A stretch of 64,000 nucleotides of DNA. Origin: Piromyces finnis finn. Its lineage: Eukaryota; Fungi; Neocallimastigomycota. Shown in pieces: positions 25,937 through 39,787 of this stretch (positions are counted from its first letter, which is position 1; each line of letters begins with the position of its first letter). The stretch is taken from the NCBI GenBank assembly GCA_002104945.1, contig MCFH01000057.1:124001-188000 (forward strand). The letters are read 5' to 3'. A program made the translations under genes and the position numbers. The notes under the pieces were generated by a model. It ran no database searches and was not told the DNA's origin. It saw only the letters and a program-made list of their open reading frames with translations.

Positions 25937-26604
25937 ATATAGAATGAATTAATTATTTTTCTTAATTTTTTCTTTTTTATATTTTATTTTATTTCTTATA
26001 ATGAATGTACTAAAATTTCTGTAAATGATATTCTTATATATATAAATTATAATAAAAATATAGATGTTAATAAATTAATATCTAAATGTAAAGAAGAACA
26101 TAAAAAATCCGAACTATTTACAAAAATGTTTTCCAATATTTTAGCTGATAATTGTTGTAAAATCTTACAAAAATCCAATAATATTAATGAAACCATGGAA
26201 GAAGCATTGATCAATATTATAAATAATACACCTTTACATGAAGAAATATCTAAATAATCAAAACAATCATAATAATTCATTAATAAAACTTTTTTTTTTT
26301 TTTAAATAAATAAATAATAGAAGTTGGTAAAAAAAAATAAAAAATAAAGAATTTATAAATAAAATAATAAAGAAAGTTGATTATTAATAATAAAATATCT
26401 TTTCATTAAAAATTCATATTTGTTTTCATTTATAATAAGAATTATTTATTTATATCAAAATATAGAAAAAAAATAATAAGGAAAATTTTTTTTATTATCT
26501 TTTTTATTTATTTATTTTTTTTATAATTACATTTTTTTTTTTTTATTTATACTTTTTTCTTTTTTTAAACATTATTAATCATTTTCATAAAGAGGTTTTA
26601 GAGT

Positions 26605-29600
26605 TTAGGTTAATGCTAATAAAAAATAATTAAATGATAATTATATTTACATCTTTATAATGATTTTTTTTTATTTTGAAACTATATATTATAAAATAAT
26701 AAATGATAATATAATAATTAAAATAATAATTAGTCATTTATTTATAAGTAAAAAAAAAATTATAGTATTCTTGTTTTATATATTTACCAGCTGCTAATGC
26801 TTTGCTTGCATAATATCTAACATCATTATCTGGATCTTCATTTAATATTTTTAAGGTTGGTTTTAAAACACTATCCTTTAATGCTATTAAATCTGGGGTT
26901 GTCATTGATGAAGCCATACATTCATAACATTTAGCTACATTGAAACGAATATTTGGAATTGGATCTGAAGCTAATAAATTAATAGTTGGAATCATCATAT
27001 CTTTTATTACTTCTGGAGATACAGCAGAAGAAAGTTTCTTTTTTTTTTTTTTTTTAAATATAATATAAATATTTTATGAATATTTCATAAAAAATGATAT
27101 ATATATATATATATTTTTTTTTTTTGTTTATTTTTTATTAGTATTCAATATATTTTGAAAAAAAAAAAAATACTATTAATATATAATTATAAATTATTAT
27201 AAAAATTTGTAAATAATATTTACAGTTAAAGCAAAAATCATGGTTAAGCGGTAAAGATAGTTTGAATGTTTGGCATAACTTAAGATTTGAGGAATAACAG
27301 TACCCTTAGCCCAATCAGAGCCGAAAATCTTTGTAAGCTTACAAAGATTATTAATGGCTGCTTCACGAATAGAATAAACAGTATCACCGAGCCATGACAT
27401 ACATAAGTTGCATAATTTTTCATTAAAGAAATTAACACCCTTTTTTTTTTTAAAAAAAAAAAAAAAAAAGAAAAGAAAATTTTAAAATAAAAAAGTAATC
27501 GGTACATTAATGATGGATTAATATTGACTTTTTAAATTTTGAAATATATTTTTGCAAAATGAAAAATATTATAAATATAATATTTAATATATTTACAAGT
27601 TGAGTAGCAATAATTGGAATATTTTCAATAATAGCCATTCTTACTCTCCATTGCTTATCTTCGGATAAACTAACAACAGCAGGTAAAATGGATTGGGAAA
27701 GAAGTTCAACACCAATAACTATATAATAAAAAATATATCATTTATAGTAGTGTATTAGATAAAAAAAATTATTTTTATCAAAACAGTTATAATATTATTG
27801 TGTATATTACCCTTATTAATTTGTTCTATATTAGTAATAACATTTAATCTTACTTCTGGAATTTCATCCTTTAATAATTGTAAGAAAACAGGTAATAAAT
27901 GTTCAACAGTCCTTTATAATATTAAAATATCATTACAATAGTATAATTAGAAAAAAAAAATCATTTAAAAAAAATTTAAATAATCATTTTTAATATTAAA
28001 TATTTATATGTTTACTTTTCTTTTCCAACAAATGAACAAATAAATGGTGTTTTTTCGGCTAAAGCAGAACGAACATGTTGAGAAGTATCATGAACTAATT
28101 CCTTTAATATTGGGATATGAGAGTTTATGATGGTATCAGAGGTAATTAATTTAAAGTATTCTATGAAAAAAAAAATATATATTATTTTATATAATTATAT
28201 ATAAAGAATAATCAAATATATAGATTAATAAATTAAATATTTTTTTACACCTATTGTAAATTTAATTTTTTATATTTAATTTAGTATAAATAATTTATTA
28301 TTACCTGGAATTTGTCCTATAGCTGCAGTTCTAACTTCAGCTTCAGAATCTTTTAATAAATTATTGTAGGATGTTTCACCGATATCTTTCATAATTTCTA
28401 CACTTAAAGCTTTACAAATCTTTTTGTAAAAAAAATATACGAATATTATTATTGAATTATTATAGTATTGTATTGTTACCAATATGAGAAAATATTTAAT
28501 AAATATTCACATAAAATATGGATATAAAATAAAAATTATAATAGCTTATTATTTAAATCATACTTTAGTGTAATTATCGGCAACCATATAACGAACTCTC
28601 CATGATCTATCACTACAAAGATGTTTAAATGCATCTAATAAATTAATTCTATATTCGTCTTTAGCAAGAGTTTCAATGATTGATACCATAACTTCAACAG
28701 TTAAAAGACGAACAGAGTCCTATAGATTATATATTAATATTTAATTAATATAAATAAAAAAACCCTCAAAAAAAAATAGAAATATTGTTTTTTATTACTT
28801 GTTCATCTTGAGCTAAACTAGTGAATGTTGGTATAATTTCACTCAAAATGAATTGTTTTTGAATGACTTTGGTAAATTTCTATTTATTTGAATTATAATA
28901 ATCAATAATTAGACAAATTAGAAAACAGAAAAAATTAATAACGATATATATAATTATTATTTAAAAAGTATTCTGTTTTTTTTTATTTTTATTTTTATTT
29001 TTTTTATAAAAAAAAAAAAAAGATTATTACAGCAAGTTGGGTTGCAGCAGCTCTTCTAACCATAGGAGTATCATCACGGCATAATTGACGATATATTCTT
29101 TAATTAAATAATAAAGATATAAATTTATATAAATGATTTTTCAAATTTGGTATAAAAAATAATTAATATAATATTCTTTAATATTTGTATTTTTTTTTTT
29201 TTTTTTATTATATTTGCTACAGTTGTTGTTATTACTTTCTTAATTCTTCTTGAATAGTATTTGTACATCTTGAATAAACAGAAGTAAATAATCCACAAGC
29301 ACTAGTTCTACTAGTAAACCAATCACCGGCAGCTAATCTTCTGATTAATCCACAAAAATGTTCTTCAATTTGTTTATCAGATAAAACTTCAACAATTTTA
29401 TTTAAAGATTCAACAGCCTTAATTAAAGATGAGTGTTTATTATATATATATATTAGTTAATTATTATATTTTTTTAAATCAAATATTCCCCGCTTAGCAA
29501 TATAAACTGTTTATATAGTATTATTTATTCATTAAAATTATTAATAACCTTGTCTCTAACTACAGTTTCTTCAATTGCAGCAAGATTTTCTAAAGGACCT

Positions 29601-30022
29601 AAAAGAAAATGGGCATATTGTGGACCACCAACATATGGTACAAAATTACCTAATTCTTCAGATAAAGCAAGTAATACTTCATCTTCGTCATCAATTGATT
29701 CTTTTTAAAAATAATAAAATAAAGAAACGGTTGATCATTATTACATTATACAATAATTACATTCAACAATAATAGCAATTATGTATAGAGTATATATATT
29801 ATTTTTCTATAATTTTATTTTATTTATTTATCAATTTAGTATTGTATATATACCATCTAAAAATGGAATTAATTCTTCTCTTGTTCTTTCAGCTCCGAGA
29901 GCAAGGGCAATAGTGGATAATCTTCTAATTGCGTTTAATCTTAAAGAAATATCATCATTCTTTAATTCATCAATTAAAACAGCAATTGGATATAAAGCTT
30001 CATTTCCTTCTTCATTATTCAT
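26605..30022 (-). CDS. PPP2R1A: Protein phosphatase 2A scaffold (A / 65 kDa HEAT-repeat) subunit; TPD3/PPP2R1A ortholog, multi-exon
   Basis: [46 protein letters not shown]; [13 protein letters not shown]; [12 protein letters not shown]; [14 protein letters not shown]; [11 protein letters not shown]; [13 protein letters not shown]; [12 protein letters not shown]; [11 protein letters not shown]. The final micro-exon stops at 26605-26607. Confidence 0.97.
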
Positions 30023-30788
30023 TATTGATATATTATTTTATTTAAACTTTTTACAATACAATTTACATTAATAAATATATTAATAGAAAATAGAAAATAT
30101 TAAAAGTTAAAAATTGATATTATTTTACTCTATCTAATATTATAATGATAAAAAAAAAAAAAATAAATTTGACTTTCAACTATTTTTATGTGATATTTAA
30201 AAAAATGATAATAATTAAATGATATATTAAGTATTCCTTCCTAATAATTTTACAAAAGTCTATTATCATTTCAATAATATTTCAAAATTATTCTTTTTAT
30301 CACACTTTTATTATTATTATTATTATTGCTATTTATTTATTATTTTTTTTTTTTTTTATGTTCTTGAAAATATTTAAAAGCATTATGTTTAAGGATAATT
30401 TTTGCTTCATTTTACTATTTAGTATAAATAATATAGTTATACTATCAATTTGATTATTTATTAATAAATTTTATTAATAAATACTACTATAATATACTTT
30501 TGATATATATCTATATTTATATATAGTATCTTTTTATAGTTTTTTTTTTTTTTTCTTCTTCTTCTTCTTCTTCTTCTTTCTATTAAATTTTAAATTTCTT
30601 AGCTTCTAACAACATAAAAAACATTTATATTTGCATTTATTCATTGTTTTTCATTATTACTATTATTATTTTGTATTTCCTATTTTTGTTTTTTATTATA
30701 AATATTAATATGCATATTATTATTTATTTGTTTTAAAAATAAAAAAGGAAAGTATTATGTAATACTGCTTTTTTATTATCTATAAACC

Positions 30789-30820
<32 letters not shown>

Positions 30821-31418
30821 GAAAATTTAATATTAATATTAAATAAATATGGAAATTTCATTGAATTCTTGGTATTTTTCTAATAAAATGTATCATTCAT
30901 TTTTATTATTATTTTTTTTAAAAATAATCTCTTTATTGTCATTTCTTATACCTTTTATCCTACAAAATGGAAAAGTATAATATAAATATTATTTATATTT
31001 ATATAAGTTATTTTATATTATTTTTTTAATCTTTTGTTAGAATTAAATGATTCCTTTTATTATTATTATTTTTTTAATAAAAAAGGATAATTATTCCCTA
31101 TTTAAATTTAAATTTAGTTTATTTTTATATTATGAATTATAAAGTTTAAAAATTTATTTATTAAAAAAAATTTTTTGGTAATCTAATCCTTTTAATATTT
31201 ATATTTTTATTTCATTTAGGATGATTCAATAAAATACTATTTTTTATTGTATAGTATCTTCTAATCTAATTGACACACAGTTACCCTTTTTTTTTTTTTT
31301 TAAAATATTTTATTTTATTTTATAAATATGATGGGAAATGAAATACTAATATAATTAAACATTCAAATTAAAAAATAGAATTTTTTAAGATAAAGAAATT
31401 AAATTTTAATTGCGATAA

Positions 31419-33489
31419 ATGGAAAACTTTGAAAATCTTTCTTTTGAAGAAATAATCAATAATGAAGAATTGGTGGATAACTTTATAAAGTCAAAACAGG
31501 AAAATTTCAATTATAGAGAATTTATTTTTGATACCATTCCAAATTATACATTTTATGAAGAAAATATCTATGACCAATTGAAAAATATAGACTTTAAAAA
31601 AATTAATAATATATTTGAAGAATTAGTTAAAAACAATAAATATAAAATTAATAAAGATAAATACAGTTATTTTATCAAATATCCACTACAGTCGCTGTCA
31701 TTCTCTGAAGATTTTGAATCACCAGAAATTAAAGAAAAAATTTATGGTAATTTTAATTCTTTAAAAGAAGTCATTGGCTTTATTAAATTTAACCCTGATG
31801 AAAATGAAAAGTATTTGATTGAATCTGAAGTAGATAGCCCTAAACATAATGTTAGTAATTCAAATCAATTCAACATCAATAATAAAGATCAACAAATTGA
31901 AGTTAACCCTGATGAAAATGAAAAGTATTTAATTGAATCTGAAGTAGATAGTCCTAAACATAATGTTAGTAATTCAAATCAATTCAACACCAATAATAAA
32001 GATCAACAAAAATTATCATTTTTCACTATTAATGTGGATGACATTCAACAATTGAATCCAGATAAAGTTGAAGAATTTATTGATTATAGTTTTGAACCAA
32101 ACAAAAAAATTAAAAATAGTACTAAACTTTGTATTCTAGAAAAGATTTTAAACACAAAAAATAAAGAAATTTTAGAAAGGTATATAAAGAAAAATACTTT
32201 GAATTATTTATTATATTCTATTTATATAATAATACTAATTTCTAAAACTAATTTCAAATGGATTAAATTAATAATATAAATAGATTAGCAAATGATTATA
32301 AATTACTAGATGGAATTCTCGATTGGTTGAAATATGAGATAAAAAAGCCATCTTCAGTATTATTATTTATTTGTGAAGTATTAAGACATTTACCAATAGC
32401 AATTACTTATATAAAAGAATATCATTTTGAAAAAATTTTAAACAAAGTATTAAGAAAGCGAAAAAAAGATTATGGTAACTGAGCAATGTTTTTATTTAAA
32501 TATATTATAAAAAATAAATAGATATATTTTTTTAATATTAAAATATATACATATATATATTAATTTTATTAACAAAAAAAAAATGGTAATTTTCGAAAAA
32601 TAGAAGCGAAAAAAAGAGTTGAAGAATTAAAAGAATCTTGGAAAAAATTAAAACAAAGAAAGAAAAAAGGTACAAATTTTAAAAAGTTTTTTTATATATA
32701 TATATATTTATTGAAGAAAATACGATTAAATAAAAAAAATTTTTTCTGTCTATTTTTTTTTTTCTATATGAAATAAAAGGTATTAATAATTTAAGTGGTA
32801 ATGGCGAAAAGAAGAATCCTACGATCATTAATGTCAAAAATAGTCAAAAGAAAAATAAAACAGATTTATTTGATAAAATATTATCAGCAAAAATAAGACC
32901 ACCCACATCAATAATATCATCATCAAATTCAAATATAAATACCATCACTACCATCACAACCCCTAAAACAACACCAACTAAAAAAAGTAATGCTATTAAA
33001 AATAAATTTACTATACGTAAAGCTAGTAATATAATATTCAATCCAGAGAACCAAGCGAATTCGAATCCAATATATAATTCACCTACAGAATTTATTGTAG
33101 GTAATAATACCTACAATAATAATTCCAATAATAATAATACCTATAATAATACTCTTATTAATAATAATAATAATATCATGGTAAATAGTACGTTCTCAAA
33201 AAATCCGCAAAAGCATATCCTATCAACTTTAAATACGATTAATTCAAAATATTCTTATAAACGACTTAAATTAAATTCCAGTGACAGCCTAAATAACATT
33301 TCATTTACTGAAGCTACAGCTAAACCAGTCACTTCTATTCTTAAAAAGTCAGTCAATAAAAATTCTAATAGTCGCAAGAAGCATGTTTCTTTTAAACCAG
33401 ATGGTGTTATGACACAATATCGAATCATTTTTGATGATGGACGAGATTTAAACAAGTTAAACCATAAAAGACCCCGATTTAATAAATAA
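31419..33489 (+). CDS. PNUTS/Ppn1-like PP1 regulatory subunit (TFIIS N-terminal-like domain + SILK + RVxF), 4 exons
   Basis: Exons 31419-32179, 32284-~32473, ~32604-32669 and ~32781-33489 join in phase. The TND-like segment reads YKLLDGILDWLKYE...LLFICEVLRHLPIAITYIKEYHFEKILNKVLRK...KKRVEELKESWKKL. The C-terminus reads TSILKK...RKKHVSFKPDGVMTQYRIIFDD. Confidence 0.7.
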
Positions 33490-33823
33490 AACGCTAAAGT
33501 GTTTTATTCTCTTTTCGATATAACAAAGACTATATTTTATTTATCTGTCATGATAATAGAAAAAAAAAAAAAAAAAGGAATCTATATTAAATTATTTAAT
33601 CTTTTTTTTTAAACACCAAAATCAAATCTATTATTTATTCACCTTTTTACTACTGCACTTCAATTATAATTTATTAAATAATTCATTTTACTAATACAAA
33701 TTTTTATTCATTAGAACGATTACAAGTTTATTTATTCATTCGTTTATATATATAGTATTTTATCATATTTAACAATAAACAATGCATAGTTGCAAACTAC
33801 AAATAGAATACTAAACATTAATG

Positions 33824-33854
<31 letters not shown>

Positions 33855-35207
33855 CCATCCCCATTTACGTTCGATGATTAAAAATAGTTAATTTAAAAAA
33901 TAAATTTATATCTATTAATTATTCTTATTTTTTATATGTTTATTTATTTATATTAATGTAGAAGCTGATTAATTGTGTAGATATTGTTAAAATTATTATT
34001 CTTTATCATACAATTTTTTTTTTTAAAAAAAATTAGCCTATTTCCTAATTATTCAATAATAAATAAATAAAATTTACTAAAGGTTTAAGAAATACAATGA
34101 TAATGCCTATATGTATATTTATATTTCTAAACTTTAATAAATTTATTGATATTTATCTTATAGTTGATTTTAGTTGTATACAGGGTTTTTAACTATAATC
34201 AAAATTAAAAGTATTAAAACGAAATAACATTAAATAATAACATTTTTGTTTAAAATAATCTTCTTATATTTATTAAAATTAAATATAAATAAATAACCAA
34301 GAAAATAAAAACTTAATTATTAAACTTGTTTATCCTAATGTTTCAATAATACTACAATATATTTATGTAGATATATTTTTAATTAAGAGGCATCTAGAGT
34401 TCAAACAATTATATTTAATTATAAGAATTTTATAATATAAAAATATTCATGTTTAATAATTCACTAGAAGAGGTTTTTGTAATTAATAATAAAATACATT
34501 TCGTATAATGATAGTTAAACTATAGATACACTATGTGTTAGAAAATCTCAAATTTAAATATAAACTTTATTCATAAGTAAAATGTAGCAATAATAATGTA
34601 ATGTATTGATAATGTAATGTACTTTAGCATTAGCCATAAATTTTAGCATAAATACAAAAATGTAGTAATAAAATATTAATAAATTACCTCAAAAAAGTAA
34701 ATATTAAAAAAACTAAAATTCTAACACTATTTAATAAATATAGTACTTTATATTCAAATAAAATATACTATTTTTGTTACCTAATAATATATTTTCTATA
34801 TATATATTATTATATTGTAATATTTATTTTTGATAAGTTTAATTATTACCATAAATGTACAAATTATATCAAGTAAGATAGGTATGATTTATGAAAAGGC
34901 ATCATTATCCAATGAACTAATTTTTAATAATTCCTATATAATTTATATATTTATTATGATGAAAATTCATATAGCGGATATATAACGATATTTTAGAATA
35001 AAAAAGAAAAAAAAAAAAAAAAGGTGAATTATGAGCGGAGTTTTCCCACTAAATTATGAAAAAATATAGATCCATTTTTAAAGAAAATTATAAATATCAA
35101 ATCTTTTCACACTTTCTCTTTTTCAAAAAACCAAAAAAAATATATATATATCTATTTATAAATTTTTTTAAAAAAAAAAATCAAAAAAGAAAAACCCCAC
35201 CAATAAA

Positions 35208-35747
35208 ATGACTAAAACACTCTTTGTTATTGCTCATCCAAACATTAAACAATCCATTGGTAGTAAGACTATCATTGAAGCCTTCAAAAAATTAAATATG
35301 GATACTGAATATGATAATATTTACGAACTCTACCCAGATTACAATATTAATGTTAAAGCTGAACAAGAAAAATTATTAAAGGCTGATGCTATTGTTTTAC
35401 AATTCCCATTCTATTGGTATAACTCTCCATCTCTTTTAAGAAAATGGTTTGAAGATGTTCTTGAGCATGGATTTGCCTATGGTTCAAATGGTGTTGCACT
35501 CAAAGGAAAAAAATTAATTGTTTCTTTTACTACTGGTGCTGCACTTAATAGTTACAGCGAAAGTATTCCAGGAAGCTGTACTCTCGATGATTTAGTTAAA
35601 GGTTTCCAGCAATTAGCTAATTTATGTGGTTTAGAATGGTGTGGTTTTGTAGCCACTGGTAGTATAACTTACGGAGTTAGTGCTGGTTCCGTTGCTAGTG
35701 ATTTAGAAAAACATGCTAAACAATTAGCTGATAAAATTAACGCATAG
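35208..35747 (+). CDS. NAD(P)H-dependent oxidoreductase, Flavodoxin_2 family (KefF/KefG/YwrO-like); intronless, bacterial type
   Basis: AHPN...S; IYELYPDYNINVKAEQEKLLKADAIVLQFPFYWYNSPSLLRKWFEDVLEHGFAYGSNGVALKGKKLIVSFTTG. It is a single 179-aa exon. Confidence 0.92.
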   Translation: MTKTLFVIAHPNIKQSIGSKTIIEAFKKLNMDTEYDNIYELYPDYNINVKAEQEKLLKADAIVLQFPFYWYNSPSLLRKWFEDVLEHGFAYGSNGVALKGKKLIVSFTTGAALNSYSESIPGSCTLDDLVKGFQQLANLCGLEWCGFVATGSITYGVSAGSVASDLEKHAKQLADKINA

Positions 35748-38700
35748 ATAATTATCATAACATAAATTTTATATATTTTTTCTAATAAATATTCCCATAA
35801 ACAAAAACTTATTTTTAATATAAGAAAGTTCATATCTATATCTATAAATATATCTATAAAAAGACAAAACTGTCCTTTTTATATAAACTCTTTTTTGTAA
35901 AAGGATAAAAAAAACAAATGAAAATAAATATTATATGTATATAAAATATAAAATAAAAAAGAATATTCAAATAATAACCTACCTTTTTATTTATTTTTCT
36001 TTTTAAGCTACTCTATAATAATACATTATTATATATTTTGTATACATTATATACATTGTATTAACCTTTTTTAATTTCTATATAACTATAATTAGTATTA
36101 TTAAATTTTTAAATTATAAAAGATAGGTTGTGTCTTGTCTGAGTATTTAATTATTATTATCTAATAATAATAATTTTTGTATGGCTTAGTGTAAAAGTCA
36201 GTCAAACGATTAAACTATTAGATTTAAAAAAAAAAAAAAAAAAGGGAGGGAATTATAGATATAACAAGTCCACTTTTTATTTTAATAATTATTACATCTT
36301 GAATTTATTATTATAGACTCATTATTATAGATAAATGTATAATATCATTATTATTATTATTATATTATTATCTAATATTATTATTTGTTATTATTCACTA
36401 AAGTTTAATTAAAGCATAGAAATTGTTTATGCATCTAAAAGAGTATTTATTATTAGGTTTATCAAAAAAAAAAAAGAACATTTGATAATTATTATATAAT
36501 TATAATTCTCCAATTATAATACATAAATTAAATCTATGGATTATACACTTACATTATTTTTGATTCATTAAATGAAATAAATGTAATTCTAATAAAAAAC
36601 TAAAGATGAAAATTATAGAATACACATTATATATTTTTTTAATTATTTCATATTAAATATCTTTTTAAATAAAAAAGAATAGCATTATTACAATGAAAAT
36701 AACAACATTTTAAACAAATTCAATATAAAATTTTGATTATCCCTATTATTCAATTATTATTCAATACGACAAATATTTCAATAGAAAAATACGTTTAAAC
36801 AATGTTAATTCTTTTTTATTTTATTATTTTCTAATGTAACTTGATTTTTTTTTTTTTATTTGTGCTTTCAGTTTTTATAAAATTTATCTTTATTAACATT
36901 TTATTAAAAATTTCATTGCTTTATTTAAAAATGGTTATTCTAGGAGCAGTAAAATAAATATTGCTTAATTATTCCTAATATACAAAGTATAAGAGATTCG
37001 ATGTTTTTTTAACGTTTTATGTTAAAAAGTCTTTACATCGTGAATACATTCTGTATTAGAATGTATACATTAATTGCTAAATATAATTTATTTTAATATA
37101 TGAATTATAGATTAATAATAATATTTATAGTTTAAAAAATCTGTCGTTTGATTATATTCACTATATATTATAATATAATTGATATTATATAGATTTCAAT
37201 TAATAATTATATTCTAATATATATTACATGTTAGAATCAATTTATTTGATATATTACACAAAATATGATAAAAATGGTAATTAGATTCATACGTATTAAA
37301 ATAAATTTAATCAATTATTAAATAATATAAAATTTAAAATTCTTTATTGGTATAATACAGTTAATATATTAATATAATATAATCTAATATATTATGTTAT
37401 ATTTATATTAAATTATTATTATTTTAATAAAATTAACTAGTTAATATATTGAAAAATATATTATGTACTACCATAATAAATTAATTAAATAAAGTTACAA
37501 AAAGTATAATACATATTAATGATACGTGGCTCTTATACTAAATAAAATGTTTAATATACAAATCTTATTATAAAAATTTAAAGTCGTATTATATATTCGT
37601 GGCGTAATTCTCTATAAATACATTGACTCTCTGAGTTAAACGGTTAAAGAAGCTTTTTTGAGGATGGGAAAAAGAAAGACTTTGGATGAAAAGTTGACTA
37701 TTAAAAAGGTTTTGATTAATAAAAGAGAATAAATCCAATTAAAGAGTTTTAATTCTATTCTTTAATGGATATTCTTTATATTTTAATCCTATGTGTATAG
37801 ACTATAATTTCTATAGTATTTTTTGGTATACTATTTGATTAAAAATTATATAAAGTAATGAACATCATTTTCATGCTTATCGCTATGACTATCATTATTA
37901 CAGCAGAATAGGTATATACATTTTAAGCTCTTTTTAAGCTATAATAATACCAAATTGTCCAAGAATAATCTTGACTTTTTTTTTTTTATATTTAATTATA
38001 ATTAGTATTAATTTTGGTAGTAGCAAATGTTAAATTTTTTTTTTTTGTTGTCATATTATTAGAAAGAAAAAAAATAAAATAAAATTTAATATGACAAAAA
38101 AAGAAAATGAAATTTTTTATTAAATTAAAAAATAATAATAATAAAATTTAAAAATAGAAAAAAATAAAAAACAAAATATTCTTATTTTAATTTTTCTTCC
38201 TCCTCCCTCCTCATTATAGATTAATTAAAAAAAAAAAGTTAACCACCCAATCTCTTGTTTTTTTTTTATTATTAGTATTTTAGAAGAAGAAGAAGAAGAA
38301 GAAGAAGAAAAAAAAATAAAAAAAAAAGTATACAAATAGATATATAAAGAATATTAAAGTGATAATATAGGTTTAAATAAAATTTAAAATATTCATTCAT
38401 TCATTTTTTTTTTATTTTATTTTATTTATATATGCCTATTCAAATCTTTCAACGTAACAGTATAATTTATTATTATATATAATACAATATTGAAAAATAA
38501 ACAAACATGAAATTAATTATATAGGTATTACTACTACTATTATTATTTTATTAAAATATAACAAAATAAATGATGCTTATTTAAAAAAAAAAAGTTGGAA
38601 AATTGTCTATTTTGTGGAATATAGTATTACTTAAAAAAAAAAAAAGCAACTACCACCACCACAACAACATATTATTTTACAAAACAAATAATTTATCTAA

Positions 38701-39349
38701 TAATATTGTTCAATAAAATATTATATTACCAAAATAATTTTATTTATACCTACTCAATTGAAAATTTTCAAACTGGATATGAAATTATGGGTAAAATAAT
38801 GAGAGGTTTATAAATAAGAGAATATACTATATAAATCTATTTTATAAAGTAATCAATAATTAATAAAAAAGTTATTCAAGAAAAATGAAATAATATGTGG
38901 TAAAGACTAATCAATAGAACAATAACAACAATTATTATTATTATTATAATAATAATAACAACAATAATAATGAAATAACATTAAATGTTAAATGATTTAC
39001 TTAAACAATTTGATAGTTTCCTTTACAACTTTATATATAATAATTATTAAAATTATTTATTATATTTAAAAACTAATTTTTTTTTTTTTATTATTCTTTT
39101 ATTATATATATTATTATATTTCCATTTGGTATAACAGTTTAGCATATTTATTATTTTATAATTTAATAGATAAATAAAAATAATAATAGCAGTAACATCA
39201 AAATAAACAAGCGAGAGAAAAATACCAAAAAAAAAAAAAAAAAAAAACCTAATTAAAAAGGATAAAAATAATTTTTGGAAAACGTCAAAGTAACAATTAT
39301 TAATTAGAGAAAAAAAAAACAAAAAAGATAGTCAAAAAAGCTAAATCTA

Positions 39350-39383
<34 letters not shown>

Positions 39384-39787
39384 CAATAAAATTTAGCGTT
39401 ACTAACTATAATAATGATAATAATAATGAAATGAAATATTTATTAAATATCAAATTATTTTAAAAACAACAATAATAATTTAAAATAGAATTATTAATTT
39501 TTAGTAATTTTTTAAAAGAAAAACAAAAGCAAATATATGAAATATACTATCAATTCAATTAATAAATAAAAAAGTAATAAAGAAAAACAAATTTTAATTT
39601 ATTTTTTATCCAAAAAAAAAAACACAACAATATATGTACCATTGGTATATAAAAAGTAAAAAGTAAAAACAAAACCCCCCAAAAAAAAGCATTTTCAAAT
39701 AACAATAATAATAAATTTTAAATCAATAAGAAAACAATAATTAAAAAAAATCTTAAAAAATAAATAATAATATAATATATATAAATA

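Noticed and set aside
34960-35060. CGG-containing motifs upstream of the flavodoxin gene as Zn2Cys6 sites
   Set aside because: There are only two isolated CGG triplets with no conserved spacing, so this cannot be supported without comparative data.
37600-37900. Slightly GC-richer patch reading MGKRKTLDEKLTIKK (HTH-like transposase start?)
   Set aside because: It is too short and interrupted by stops, with no TIRs or catalytic motif visible.
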